Of a stretch of 64,000 nucleotides of DNA, positions 24,803 through 37,529 are shown piece after piece. The DNA is taken from assembly GCF_009834535.1 (NCBI RefSeq), contig NC_045696.1, positions 51,462,001-51,526,000 of the forward strand, in the 5' to 3' direction. The notes beneath the pieces are model-generated. The model did no database searches, was not told the origin of the DNA, and saw only the letters and a program-made list of their open reading frames with translations. This stretch comes from Camelus ferus. Its lineage: Eukaryota. Every line of letters starts with the position of its first letter. Position 1 is the first letter of the stretch. The position numbers and the translations under genes were made by a program.

Positions 24803-26394
24803 GCTGCTTTCCTGTCTTCTGCCACCACACAGCCTCTGAAGTGTGTGAAGAAGAGAGGAAGAGACAATTAACACTCAGCCCCAATCTGCATTTCCTTTTT
24901 AGCTGCCATTTACACGCTGCTCAGGTTTTGAAAACCAGCATTTCATGCTACTCCCCAGAGAGCCAGCACCAGCTTTAGCAGGATCCATCTGCACAGCAGT
25001 CACAGTGCTGAAATCTTCAGCCAACCCAGAATTCATCTATTTATTTTTTATTTTTTGAAAAAATGAGGGAGAGAGGGAGGGTGAGCTGCGTGAGCCAGCG
25101 AGCTGGGTGAAAAGAACAGATTAGAATCTAGTCACATTTAACACATACACTTGACCAGTCCCTGCGCTGGTCTAGGCAGGCGTGAGTCCGTGGAGTTTTC
25201 CTTTGATCACCTTCTAGATTAGTGTGAGCGGCAGATGAATGAGCGAGGGCCCTGTGACAACAGGGGACGGCAGGCCGCGGCAGGAAGGACACACTGTCTG
25301 AGCCCCTGCACCGCTCATCAGCCTGCGTGTCAGCCGGCTCTCGGCTCTCACTGATGGGAGGGAGTGGAGAGAAACGCCGTCCTGGGAAGTCGCTGCTGGT
25401 GTGGGACGAGTTACAGGATGCTTCTGGAGGAGGGAGATGTGTATCATCAACTCCTCAGGTCGGGCCAACTTGCTTTATTTCCTCCAGCCCGTAAAGGGTT
25501 GAGAAGTGAAGCATCATAGCTTTGATAACCTTTGTTATTTTATCATTATTATTTTTTAAACTGAATTCAACACCACAGGAGGTCACAGAGTCAATGGTCA
25601 CAGCTGGCTTTTAAAAAGGGGTTGAGTCATTTTGTGATTGGTAAAACTGAGACTCAGCCTGAGATGGGGGTAATCAAATTTCCTGCTTCAAGGCATCAGT
25701 TGATCACAACAGGGGTCAGAAAGAAGTGTTTTTCTCATACAAGTCCTGGCACAAATATCTAGGTGAAGCAAAGCAAAGCAAAGCAAAAAAAAAAAAAAAA
25801 AAAAAAAAAGCCAACTTTTTTTTTTTTTGAGAGAACAGCAGAGCTGAAAAGCCCAATGAGTGCTCTAATTCCATCTAGCTCTGCTCAGATGGCAGTTGTG
25901 ATTATAGTGTTACAGACACATTTCCCAACTAAGCAGGGCAAGATGGTACTCTCTGCTTGGGCCCTGATTTCCCCATGGATGGGCACAGGTGTGCTCAGAT
26001 GGGGGAAATACTTCAGGGCAGGAGTAGGATGTAGGGTGAGCACATGTCAGTTGAAATAGAAATTGGTGAGTTAAAAAGAAAAAGATTCACAGTAGCCCAG
26101 CGTGCGCCATGGGCGCCGTGACAGATCAGGCCAAGCCACGTGCTCTCGGGAGACGAGGGTGTCTGCGGCTCTCGCAGCAGCACAGATGTGTAAGTCGGCC
26201 TGCTCAGCCCACCAGAGGTGGCAAAAATAAGGCTATGATAAACAGCTTTTGTTTTTCTGGCTGTGTCCTTACTAGGTGGGACCTCCAATCCTTCAAACTC
26301 TCAAAATAGTCTTTGGAGTCGCCCGTGACAAGGATGTCCCACTTCTGCTGTTCTGAATAATGCCACCAGAGTCAGACTGCGTGGGTTCAAGTCC

Positions 26395-28440
26395 CAAATT
26401 CATTCAGTCAAAGTACATTTAAAAGGAGGACCCGCTATGAATGGGATGCTATCTGCAGGCTGAGAAACAGCAGTTCAGGTCCTCAGGTAATGCAGGCTCC
26501 TGTGAAGGAAGACACATGTAAATAAATAAATGACTGAGTCCATCATATTCCAGACAGAGATCAGTGCTAGGGAGAAATGTGCCCTGGGGGGTGGTTGGGG
26601 AGAATGATGCTAGATCAACTAGGCAGTGAGGGGCTTACTTCTGAGGTGAGTTTTCAGTACAGACTGAAAGGAACAAACCATCTAGGGGACAGAATCCTGC
26701 AGGAGAGGGCAGCAGGCATGAGGCCGGGGAGCGGGGGCAGGGCGTGCTCAGTGCATCCCAGGAAGGGTGAGGAGGCCAGCTGACTACACAAGTCTAGCTG
26801 TCAAAGGGGAGGTGGCGGCTGGACTTTTCCCCCGGGGATGATTGCAGCTAGAGAAGGGAAAGGACCTGAAGGCTGAAACCCTGGGAGATTCCTATATCTA
26901 AATGTTGAGGGAGACGAGGAGGAACAAACAAAGGAGGCTGAGCTGGCCAGCTGGTGAGAGAGCTGTGTTCTGGGAGGGAAGGGAAGGAAGCATTTTAAGA
27001 AGGAAGATGTGAGCCCCTGAGTCAAACGCTACTGGAAGTTCAAGTTAGGATGAGAATTTGCCAGTGCATTTAGCAATGGGTGGCCACTGGTGGCCTTGAC
27101 AAGAGCTGTTTTAGTAGAATGAAGGGAACAAAACTCTACTTGACAGAAAAGAATTGGAGAGAGTGAAGACAAGCATTTTGAGGAGTTTTGTCATGAAGGG
27201 GAACAGAAATGGAGTAGTAGTTTGATTTAGATGTGAGATCAAAGGAAGTTTTTTGCTTGTTTGTGTTTTTGATCAGAGAAATAACATCATATTTGTAAAC
27301 GGGTTCAGTAGAGAAGGAAAAAGGCGCAGAAGCAATGTTGTAGGGTGGGCACGAAGGGGAAGGGGCACAGTGCAAAGCGGAGGGGTTGGCTTTAGGCAGA
27401 AGACGGACAGTCCATCACAGCAACACGTGGGAAGGTAAAGTACGTGGACACAAGTGCAGAAGAAATGTAGATGTGAAGGTAGAAACTTGTGTAAGTCCTT
27501 TCTCTGATTGATTCAGTTTTCTCAGGGAAGTGAAGTTATCTGCAAAGGTAATTCCCAAGGAGGAGGAGAGGGTGTTGGAGGTTGGAGGAGAGAGAGAACA
27601 GGTGCAGTGGTTCCCGGTGGACTGGGGAAATACAGTGACTGACAGGTGGCACTGGGGACCCACGTGGGGCTTGTGATAACGACTGAAGTGAGACCAGTCA
27701 TCAAGGTTGTTTCCTTCGGTGCCGTTTAACCGCACAAGTACAGGCATGGAGAAAGGAGAGAGTCGGCTTGAACGAGGCCGAGGGTTTTGCCAGCTGAGTA
27801 CATGAAGGGAGAGCCGGCTGAGGCTGTTGAAGGTACATGCAGGGAGTAACACAACGATGGAATCTAGGCTAGGAAAGAGGGTGAAGGGGAGGGGAGGGGT
27901 GAGAGGCTAGTCACAAGGTGCCAGGAACCGTGTCTTGTCCGTCCTGGTGTGGTCCAAGAATTGTTGGAGCTGGGAGCCCAGAAAAGATGAGCTGGCAAGA
28001 GAGGAGGCAGCTGTCCCAGAGGGAGGTGTTGGAACAGAGTGCAGCTGCTTTGCAGTTGGTGATGTCTAGGCGGCGGCCTGAACACGGGCTGGCTGGCCGA
28101 GGTGGGTAGCCGTGAAGTCGCTGGAGCAGAGGCGCTGAAAGAGTGCGGGAATGGCGCTTGGGGAGGAGCATCTCCCTGCCAGGCGGCTACCCCTCGAGGC
28201 CCCCTTCCTGTTGTGGTTTACATGGGTGGTGCCTTCTGGAGCCCAACTCCCTGAAGTTTACTTGGATGTTGAAAGCACCAAAAATTATGGTAGAAGTAGC
28301 TTTGGAAATAGTCCAACTAATTAAAATCTTCAAGGAATGTGTGGGAGGGAGGCAGCGGTCAGTAATCAGGAGGGGAGAGGGCCAGTAAGGAGGAAGCCCA
28401 GCTCACCCCCTGCTTGGGGACTCTGGAGGAATGGGAGGGA
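26395..28440 (-). mobile_element. Long L2 LINE remnant
   Basis: L2 3' end (attcattcagtc...) then typical antisense L2 text (catttagcaatgg...ccttgacaagagctgttttagtagaatg...gttttctcagggaagt). Confidence 0.7.
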
Positions 28441-28469
28441 AGACAGACCACGTGGGTGGCTGCTTGTTC

Positions 28470-28640
28470 TCTGCGTGTTTGTTATGTGACTCTGGGGGAA
28501 TTGTTTAACTTCTTTATGCCTCAGTTTCCCCAAATGTAAAATGGAGAAAGTAACTGTCCTTTACAGTTACATGGAGTTGTCCTGAGGATTCAACGAGGTA
28601 ATGTATGAAATGTGATTATCGTGTGGCATACGGCCCTGAG
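28470..28640 (+). mobile_element. MIR SINE
   Basis: tgtgact...tgcctcagtttccccaaatgtaaaatgg...gaggatt...aatgtatgaaa. Confidence 0.8.
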
Positions 28641-29984
28641 TGGGTTTTTTTTTTTTTAATTGAAACAGTTTTATCAGTTATCTGGGTCACCAGAGCCCCA
28701 GTATTTTTGAAGGGACAGAATGCGCACTTGGTGGGTTCTGGGGAGCTTCTCAAAGAGAGCGAGATGCAGGCTGAGACTGGACGAAGATGCCGACTTAGCC
28801 ATGAGAGGTTCAGAGGGGAGGGTGAGAAAAGCAGGCCCGCTGCCAAGACGGAGCAATTAAATATGTAGAGGGCTGAGAGGCTTGACAGAAAAAATGGAAG
28901 TAAAGCATGTTTCTAATCAGAGCCGCGATGAGGGCTGCCTGGAGGCTCTATTGGTAATTGATGTGCCTCTGACAATAATTAGAAACAATTTCTGGGGACT
29001 TACGGGGTAGAGTCACCTAGTGGTGTTATTTACCATGGAGGGCAGTGTCTGGAGTGAAAATGGATGTTACTGTTTCCTCAGAACCCATTAGAAGGCGACT
29101 TCATGGTGAATAGATTTTTCAAGATATTTGACATTCACTGACTTTCTTTTTAACTCCTCTCAGTCACAGAGGCCATTACTGTAATGACAACACCTGGATT
29201 TATCTCTGTTAATGGCAGGAGACATGTGAGAGATAAGTCCTCTCTGTGCGGGCCCCAAGCTCATGAATTTAACCGTTCTGCCTCCCCGAGCCGCTGAGCC
29301 CTGAGGGTTCTGGGAGTGCAGGTGGCCTGGAGTGCAGCCTCAGACCAAGAGTGACTCACCCTCAAAAGGCAAGGGACAGGATTAGCATGAGTGGTGTTGC
29401 CTTTTTCCAGTGTGACCTTTATTTTATGTCACTTGGGATTAAGTGAGATAATGTATGTGAAGTGCTGAGCTCAGAGCCTAGCACAGAGCAAGCACTCAGA
29501 AAGTGTTGACTCATTAATTGTTACTTTTCTGTTTTATTCTGACAAGGCTTAGGGGCCTTCCATATTTGGCTTTCTTCCAAGCCCTGAGGGTGTGGGAGGA
29601 ATTAGGGGTGAGTCAGTGGCATTATTGGGCCATGAAACTAGTGGGTTATATTCTCCTGGCGAGGCCCAAGTTTCAGTGGCTTGAGTTTTTCCTTGCGTGG
29701 GCTTTTCTTGGGGCATCAGCCTGTAGGCGAGATGCCAAGTGGTGGTTCACCAGCAAGGGTGTCACACGGGAGTTTGAACTTAAAGCTTTCTATGTCAGAC
29801 AATGTGCATTTGTCTTCTGCCCTCTCTGCACTGGCAGCCAAGTGAGAGCAGTGATGTGGTGCTCAAGGAGCGGGACATGGAGTGTGACACCTGTAATTGT
29901 AACCCAGGCTCCAGGCCAAAGGAGCAAAGCCCACTTCACCAGGATGAGAAGCAATAGTGAAGGCTTTTTGAGGTCTAAACTCTA

Positions 29985-30150
29985 CAGATGGTTCTCAAAA
30001 AGAATGTTACTGGCATTTCGGGAGGGACGGTTCTTTGCTGGGTGGCACTGCCCCAAGCAATGCAGGATATATGGTGCCTGTGGCCAGCTGCCCAGTAAAT
30101 GTTAGGAGGAGCTCTCACCTCACAGGTGCTGCAGTAACCAAAAAGACCCC
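29985..30150. mobile_element. hAT-Charlie (MER20-like) fragment
   Basis: ggttctcaa...ggcattt...ttctttg...tgcaggat...cccagtaaatg...aaccaaaaa. Confidence 0.55.
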
Positions 30151-30600
30151 CCCCCCCATGTCTTAACCTTCTCAGGATGGGAACCCCAGTATGAGGGACA
30201 ACATGCCTAGTACATCCTCTCTGCAATACACCTGCACACCAGCCTCCCGGCCTTGGTGGGGCCCCTTCCTGCTCCTGGGTCTTGAATAGGGGAGGCTAAC
30301 TGTGTGAGTCTCGTGGTTGAACAAATATTTAAAGATCGCAAATGCTGACTGCCTCCTCCTTGGGGATGTGACCCTCTCTGAAAGGACTGTACTAGTCACC
30401 CTGCCCCCAGTGGGACATGTAGGTGTCTCACTTCATTACATGCCACTAGCAGAGGGGAGGATTGACTTTGAGGCTAATGAAGCTTAAGATTTGGAGTCTC
30501 TTCCAAGGCCCGTGTATGGCAGAAACTTGATAAAATCCCCACCTTTCAATCCTAACATTTATATGACATTATGATCATTTGAGAAGTTTGGCTGTGGGAT

Positions 30601-31178
30601 TGAGACAGGAGGGAAGGGAGCAGGGACAACCATTAAAAGAATGACACAGCAGTGAGCACCACGATGGCAGAAGACTCAACCCCCAGTAGACCTTGAGCTT
30701 CATTATATGCTCATTGTAATACTTTAGCATGGTGAATGGCACTCCCGTGGGTGCCATGACAGTTCTGAGGTTAACCATAAAAGGTCATAAAGTGGGTGGT
30801 GGCCCAGTACCTGGGAATCCCAGCCCCTTCCCCAAAGTCATTGGTATAATCTTCCCACTTGTTAACATATGAAGTTACCGAGCCCGTAAAAAGGAGCAAC
30901 CCCTCACCTCGTGTCCACTCTCCCTTCTGAGTAAAATGGCCTGCATCCTGCCTATGGAACGTGTATCTCCTAGGCCCCTCTGTTGCTCTCTCTTGTCCTG
31001 GGAGATGACCCACACTCTGTCTGTGGACTGTGCATCTCTCTTAATAAATCTACCTTCACCCTACTATGGCTGGCTCTAGAATTCTTTCTTGCACGAAGCT
31101 AAGGACCCTCACTTGATGGGGCTCGTCCCAGGGACTCGGACACGGCCATCCTCTTGTGCCCCATTTTTTCCTTCACCA
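30601..31178 (+). mobile_element. ERV1 solo LTR, MER41-like
   Basis: TG...CA termini, near-TSD GGAT/GAAT, AATAAA near 31043, GGTGCCATGACAGTT core, gaattctttcttgcacgaag U5 motif. Confidence 0.8.
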
Positions 31179-31184
31179 GAATGA

Positions 31185-31400
31185 TATTAAGAATAGCTAC
31201 AAATTATTACCAAATTATGGTGTGCCAGGCACCATATTCAAGAGTCCTGTGAGTTCATTTTTTTCATTATTATCTTCTTTACGATTGAGGATTGAGATGC
31301 AGAGAGGTTAATGCCTTACTTAAGGTCACACAGCCAACAGGCTTAAGAGTCAGGATTCGAACTCCGACGTTTCTGATTCCAAAGCCTCTGCATTTGGCAG
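31185..31400 (-). mobile_element. MIR SINE
   Basis: tgtgccaggcac...agagaggtta...aaggtcacacagc...gtcaggattcgaactc. Confidence 0.8.
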
Positions 31401-32639
31401 CATGCCTCTCAAGCGGGGGAATAATTAATACAAGGAGGGGCAGGTCAAGCAAAGAGAAGAGCTAGGTGAGGGGGACAGGGGACATCAGCCTGAGGGAAGT
31501 TGAAGAGTGTGGCAAGTCCAGCCCAATCTGGAAGTGACTCTGAAGACAACAGCGCTGCTGCCGTCCTCGTGCTGACCAGAGTGCGTGAAGCTATCAGACC
31601 CGCCGGCTCAGGAGCCAGGCAAATAGACAGAAAAAGCAGCAGCCAGCATTTCGCCCAGGGTACGGGAGGGGACAGCTGTTTGAGAAGAGTTGTTGGTAAA
31701 GATTCGGTACTTGGAGTACATGTTGGACAAGCACAGGTATCAAGAGTGCACGGTTTCAGGAAGCAAACTCACGCACACAAGAAAGATACACCCCAGCGTG
31801 GGCTCATGTGAGGCAATAGCAGTGCCCAACAAAGAAGAGAATTCCAGAGAAGCCAGAAAGAAACACATTTTCTTACCCAGTTTTTTGGTGGGGAAGAGTT
31901 TGAAATGTACAAACCCCTTTAAATCATCATTCATTGTGGTGTACAATTATGCTTAAATAAGCTATGTGCAATATTCATTACATAATGTAGATTTATTATC
32001 AACAACCCCCTTTTATGTCATCATAAAGAGCCACTGAGTAATTTGACAATTAGCAAAATGAGAAATGCACATGCTCTGTGAGCCACTTGTTGGAATGTGT
32101 CTTACAGAACCACGCGCTTGGGCACAAAAGCTATCTGGACAAAGATATTTAGTATAGCCTTGGTTGAATAAATGATGGTTTAGCAGACAGTGGATGATTA
32201 TGCAATTAGTAAAAAAGTTTTGAATAGATGTTATATCAAGTAAAATAAAGCAATAGGTAAAATACTCCTATTGTGCAACATGAAACACAGTCTTCTTATT
32301 TAAAAACCATTGTTTCGGTAAGTATATGCCCGCACATATTTGTGTAAACATTAAAGAAAAAAGTCTGGCAGGACCTTTGAGAGCTGAAGTCAGAAGTAAG
32401 AAGGAATTTTCAGTTTTTACTTTATTCCCTTACTCAAAAGGTAGACATGATAGGATTGTGGGTGATTTTAATTTCCTTTTTGTGCCTTTTCTGTGTTTTT
32501 CCAAATTTCCTATAACGAACCTGTGTTGCTTTTATGATTGAGCTTCTTTTTTTTTTTTTTTTTTGTGGGGGGGATTGTTCTTTTTTTCTTTTTTTGATGG
32601 CTTGGGTGCATTTTATTGGTTTTCTTTCAGAAGAGATTG

Positions 32640-32965
32640 CTTTTTATATATTTTTTGTTTTATAATTACATAAAATACTTACACACCTCAAAAGTCAAGT
32701 TTACAAGACATAATCAAAAAGTCTAACTCCTGTCCCTATTCCCTTTACCCTATTTCCTCCCTCCCTTTTTAAGTAACTTTTCATTTAATGGTTTACTCTG
32801 CCATTGTATACAAGTGCACCCTGCTTCTCTGATAAATGATAAAGTATCTGCTTTTCTCCACATTGCTTTTTTTCACTTAACAGTACATCCTAAAGCTACT
32901 CCTCATTCCTTGTAACAGCTGCATAGAACTCATCATGTGTTGGTACCATAGTTTATTCTACTAGT
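32640..32965 (-). mobile_element. L1ME-type fragment
   Basis: ttgctttttttcacttaacagta...taacagctgcatag...taccatagtttatt. Confidence 0.6.
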
Positions 32966-33009
32966 CGAGCTTCAGATTTTGAAGCTTGTACATCATGAAG
33001 CTACACCTT

Positions 33010-33250
33010 GAAGATGTAGAGGCTAAGCATATGGGTCTGGAGTCAGATCACCTGGGTTCACATCCCAGCTCTGCTGCTCTGTCGTGGATGCTGACCGTAG
33101 TGGGTGAGTTCACCTCTCTGGGACACAGTTTCCTCATTTGTAACATGGAGATAATAAGTGTGAACGCCATGAGATTGTTGGGAGGATTCAGTGAGACCCT
33201 TTGTGTAAGGGGTGTGGTCAGAATTTGGGAAGTGCTGGCCATTACTGTTG
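33010..33250 (+). mobile_element. MIR SINE
   Basis: tctggagtcaga..cctgggttca..tcccagctctgc...cagtttcctcatttgtaa.atgg. Confidence 0.85.
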
Positions 33251-34619
33251 AGTGCAGACCTCTCTACAGGAGAGATGAAGCTCGGAGACGCAGACAAGTA
33301 CGTTGATGTTGAGCAAAGGGCTATGCTTTGCTGTCTTCATCTGCTATTGGAGGGACATGACCCAACTGGAGGCTGAAACTCGCCGATGAGCAAATGAAAG
33401 GTGGCAGGACTTTGATCAAGGTGCTTTTCTTCTCTCAATAAAGCCACAGGGAAAAGGTCCAGATTACCATTTTGTTTGGGTTTTTCCCCACCTTTCTTGT
33501 GGTCCAGCAAGGTTTTCCTTCCTCCTGTAAGCTTCACTCCAGTCTGATTTTCTGCAAATAAAGTCTGAATGTTTTCAAAGAGGACCTGCCCTTTCCTACT
33601 CCACTGGGAGGCAGGGACAAGGGGAGTCCACCTTTCCCCAGGATCTGCAGTCCCTTTAGCAAATCTGGCCGCGGCTAGACCTGTCGCCGAGTCTCTCTTC
33701 AACTTTCTTCATTCTGATGCTTGAATAAATGATCAGGCTTTAGGAGCAGGTTCTGCCCACGGTGGAAATTGGTTTCTTAGAATTTACTGTTGGGCTCTAA
33801 AGCTGTGGACATTGAAAACAACTCATGGCCCTATTTAAGATTTCTTTCAGGTAAGTCATAAGCCAGACACGTCTACATTTTGACTGGTCAGTATAACAGG
33901 GAAGCCTCCAAGTCACTGAAAATGGTCACTTGGATGCCATCTAAGGACAACTACATCCTGAAAAGTAACCCAACACGTGAAGCTCCAGGTCTGAGGGTGG
34001 CCCTCCCTCTTGTTGGGTTAGACTGTGGCCATGCCAGTCTGCCTCTTGAGAGCCCTCACAGCTCTGAGAATACAGGGCAGGCACAGATGGCCAAGTGCCT
34101 CACGGTGTGGCCCCAGTCATGACAGCCAGCCTCTCCTCCCGCCAACTTCGCTTCCCTGTGCTCTGCCCCTGGCCCCTAAGCTATCACGAGAGACTCGCGC
34201 TTCTCTGACATCTGAGTCGTGTTTCCCTCTCCAAGCCCGCTCGCGCACGCCCACCCAGAGCGTTTTGTGTTGCTTCTCTGATTGGCTAATTCCAGTGCAT
34301 TCTGAATGACCCAACTGAACTGTAATATGCTCTGTAATGTCTTTCTAGAGCCTTCTACACAGAATTGATTGTCTCCACTTTGGTGTTGCCTAACACTTTG
34401 TTCATATGTATCTCTTATTTTCTTTTAAAATTTATTAATATTTTATTTACTAATTTATTATATGATTTTATTATCTATATCGTGGTGGGTTGTATAGTTA
34501 ATCAGCACTCCTCAAACCTCAGTGGGCAAAAGATTTAAAAGCAGCAGCTACAAGAACAATCTATTGAACACCTATGGTGTGCAGGCTTAGGACTGGAAAA
34601 ATCGTGGACTACCCAGCGT

Positions 34620-34772
34620 GTACCTTATGATATTGTGTCCCCTTTCCCAGACTGGGACCTCTGATCAGGTAGCTCTGCCGCGGAGCCTGGGAGTCTGCGT
34701 GTATTAATTAATTATAACCCCACTTGCTTCTGATTCAAGTGGTCAGCGAGACACACTTTGGGGAACAGTGTA
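34620..34772. mobile_element. MER5-like fragment inside an L2 remnant
   Basis: gcctgggagtctgc...ttctga...cacactttg...cagtg. Confidence 0.55.
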
Positions 34773-36333
34773 GTAAAGTTACAGCTTATATGAATGTATT
34801 GAATATCATTTATAATATAGCTTTGAATCCAAGAGTTCTGAGTCTGGCATGTGAGGACCAGTCAATAGCTAGTGAGTGAAGCTAACCAACCGTCTAGGAC
34901 CCTCATCTCACTGATGGCTTGCGGTTCTCTTCCAGTCTTTGAATAAATGGCATAGCAGTCCCTATGCAGTTGATAAACAAGTACATGGGGGAACTCGATT
35001 CTGCAGTACATGGGAAAATGTGTTAGGCGCTCTAATTGCAGGATAAAGAAAGTACTATTGGGCAACAGAAGAGGGAGAAATTAATTTTGACTGGAATAAT
35101 TAATTTATAGCTAGCAGTTGAATCAGATGCCAAAAGCAAACAAACACACACAGGTGTTCAGGATTGTTTTTCTGACACCATTTGCTAGTCATTTGTGTGC
35201 TGCCTTCCATGAGCAGGGTGCAACTGGAGATCTGTGAATGCCAATCTTTGAGACAAGGAGCTGCCAAGGAAGACTCTGATATGGTCAAAGAATTTTATTT
35301 TGTATTTCAGAAAGCTCATTACAATTATACCTGAATAGACAATATTGTGATATATTCAATTCCAAGCCCAAGAAAATCACAGTTTGGGGAAAAGGCTTTG
35401 CAGAGGTTTCACAATGACTTACTTTCAGAGAATCTTGACATTCCCCATAAGAAGAATGAAGTCATGCAAATTGTATGTAATCAATCAGTTCTAGAATAGT
35501 CTATTTGACCAAGCAGTGGACTTTTGGCAAGTCTCTCTCTTCCTGTAGCGGTGCTTTGGTGACTGGCTGAGGATTTAGTCACAGGAGCTAGAGAAAGACC
35601 CTGGGATTTAGCAAGAAATAACCACATTTAAACCAGATGTATTCATTGAATGTATGTATTCATTAACAAATTCTAGAACTATCTGTTGCACACCTACTAT
35701 ATGTCAAGCATAGCTGTTAAGCACCAGGAGTCGTTACTCCACAAAACAGGCCCTGACCTCACGCTCTCGTGTACAGCCTGGGAATCTGCATATATTTAAC
35801 TATAACCCCACTTGTTTCTGATCCAAAGTGCTCTTTGGGCACAGTCTACTGGAAGTTACAGCAAAACAAACAGGTAAGTATAAGACAGTGTGACGACTCT
35901 ATGTTGGAGTGTGTACAGAGTGCTCTAAGAGGAGTATCTATTCACATTTGAAGCGACTGGTAAAAGTAGTTAAGACTTTGTTTCGTGGCCGCAAAAGTAG
36001 GGGCAATGAGGAATTCTTTGGGAGCGTCTGTATGCAGACTCACAGGACAGTCAGGAGAGGGAGTGCAAAGTCAGTTATCAGGGGTAGCAAAAAGGCGATT
36101 GGAGGTAGCAGTGTAAGGACTGCCTGTGGGCGATCCTTCCTGACAATGATCCTTTAGCCTGGTGTCTCTAAAGGCGGGACGCAGGTTTGCTGTGTGATAG
36201 GCTGTGTCAAGGGTACTGCCCAGAGACTAATGCTCACGGATGTGAAATGGCGTGGCCCTGGAACAAGGCCTCCAGGTAGGCTGAACAGGTCTCTGCCTAG
36301 TGCCCCGGGGGCTTACAGTTCACTCTTTGAGCT

Positions 36334-36806
36334 CTGTATTGGTGGATTCAGCTTCATAGAACAGAAACGTTCTAGTTGAATTCACGATTTAAGCAGAAAT
36401 ATTTCTAGATCTTAACATTAGTAGATATTTAGTGACTACAAAATTACTTGTGGGCTGGAAGACCTGGCTTCAGGATGAGCTTCCAGAAATCTTTCCAGCC
36501 CCAGAGACATCTACTTCTCAGCTCTAATCAGAGCAGTTGCGTTTCTGCTGCAGGAGGTTGCTGAATTACGAAGCTGCTGACTCCAGAACACGCTGCCTCT
36601 GCCTCAGTCCACTGCCAGCAAATTGTTGGCTGCTCTCTCTCCCTCCTTTCAGCTTTATCCAGGGAAAATTGAGTCTTTCTGGAAACCTAGCTGCAAGGAA
36701 ATCTGGGAAATGTAGTTTTTGGCTTTCTGGACTCTTCAGCATAGGAAGGCACACTAGGAGGAGGTTAGAATAAATTTGGAGCAAGCTAATTACAGTATCC
36801 ACTACA
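36334..36806 (-). mobile_element. Old ERVL/MaLR LTR (LTR33/MLT1J-like)
   Basis: TGTATT...CTACA termini; ctagctgcaaggaaatctgggaaatgtagtttt motif. Confidence 0.6.
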
Positions 36807-37529
36807 GGTGCATATCCCCCCTAGGTCTAATCAGGTGCTATGGGGAGATAGAAAGCCCAAAGAACATACCCAACTCCCACTGCTTTAATTAATAGGATGA
36901 GGGACCTGGGGATATAATAGGATGAGGATCCTTTGGCCCTGAAGGGTCGGGGACTTGAGCGAACCTGAGTACTTTTTCAAAGGTTGTGGGAGCTGGAGTT
37001 GACAAGGTGTGATGGGAAGGGCCAGGCACAGGCAACAGAGTATTAAGAGTGCGATGGGAGATGTGAAAGGAGTAATGAGGGTACAGAATTCAGAGATGTA
37101 GCAGAGCCTCAGTGGAAGAGAAAGCTATTGAGATTTCAAGAGCAGGAAGTCAGGAATGGCCACCTGGCTATTCTGATTAATTCTGCTAGAAGCCATGATA
37201 TTGACCCATTGCTGAACTAATCAGGAGGGCATACATATACCACCCAACTTCCTGGTCACTCGCTGGTTGATTTTAGCCTCAAGATTTCCTGAGAGACAGA
37301 TCACTCAATTTGATTACCTTACTGGGCAGCTTTCCTTCTGAAATAGGCTTTGCCCTTGTCTCCCCTGATGGGGATTGGGTCATGAGCCCCATCTGCAGCC
37401 CAGTTTGACCCAGATTCTGAGCTAATCGTGACAGAGGCAGGAGGTGAAAGAACCCCAGCCTCATCATTCAGGAATATTCAGAATGAAAACTAGATGCCAA
37501 CAGACCTGGGGTGTGGACCATCATAGATG

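Noticed and set aside
29518..30105. 195-aa ORF
   Set aside because: Starts at TTG, has no recognisable domain and runs into a DNA-transposon fragment.
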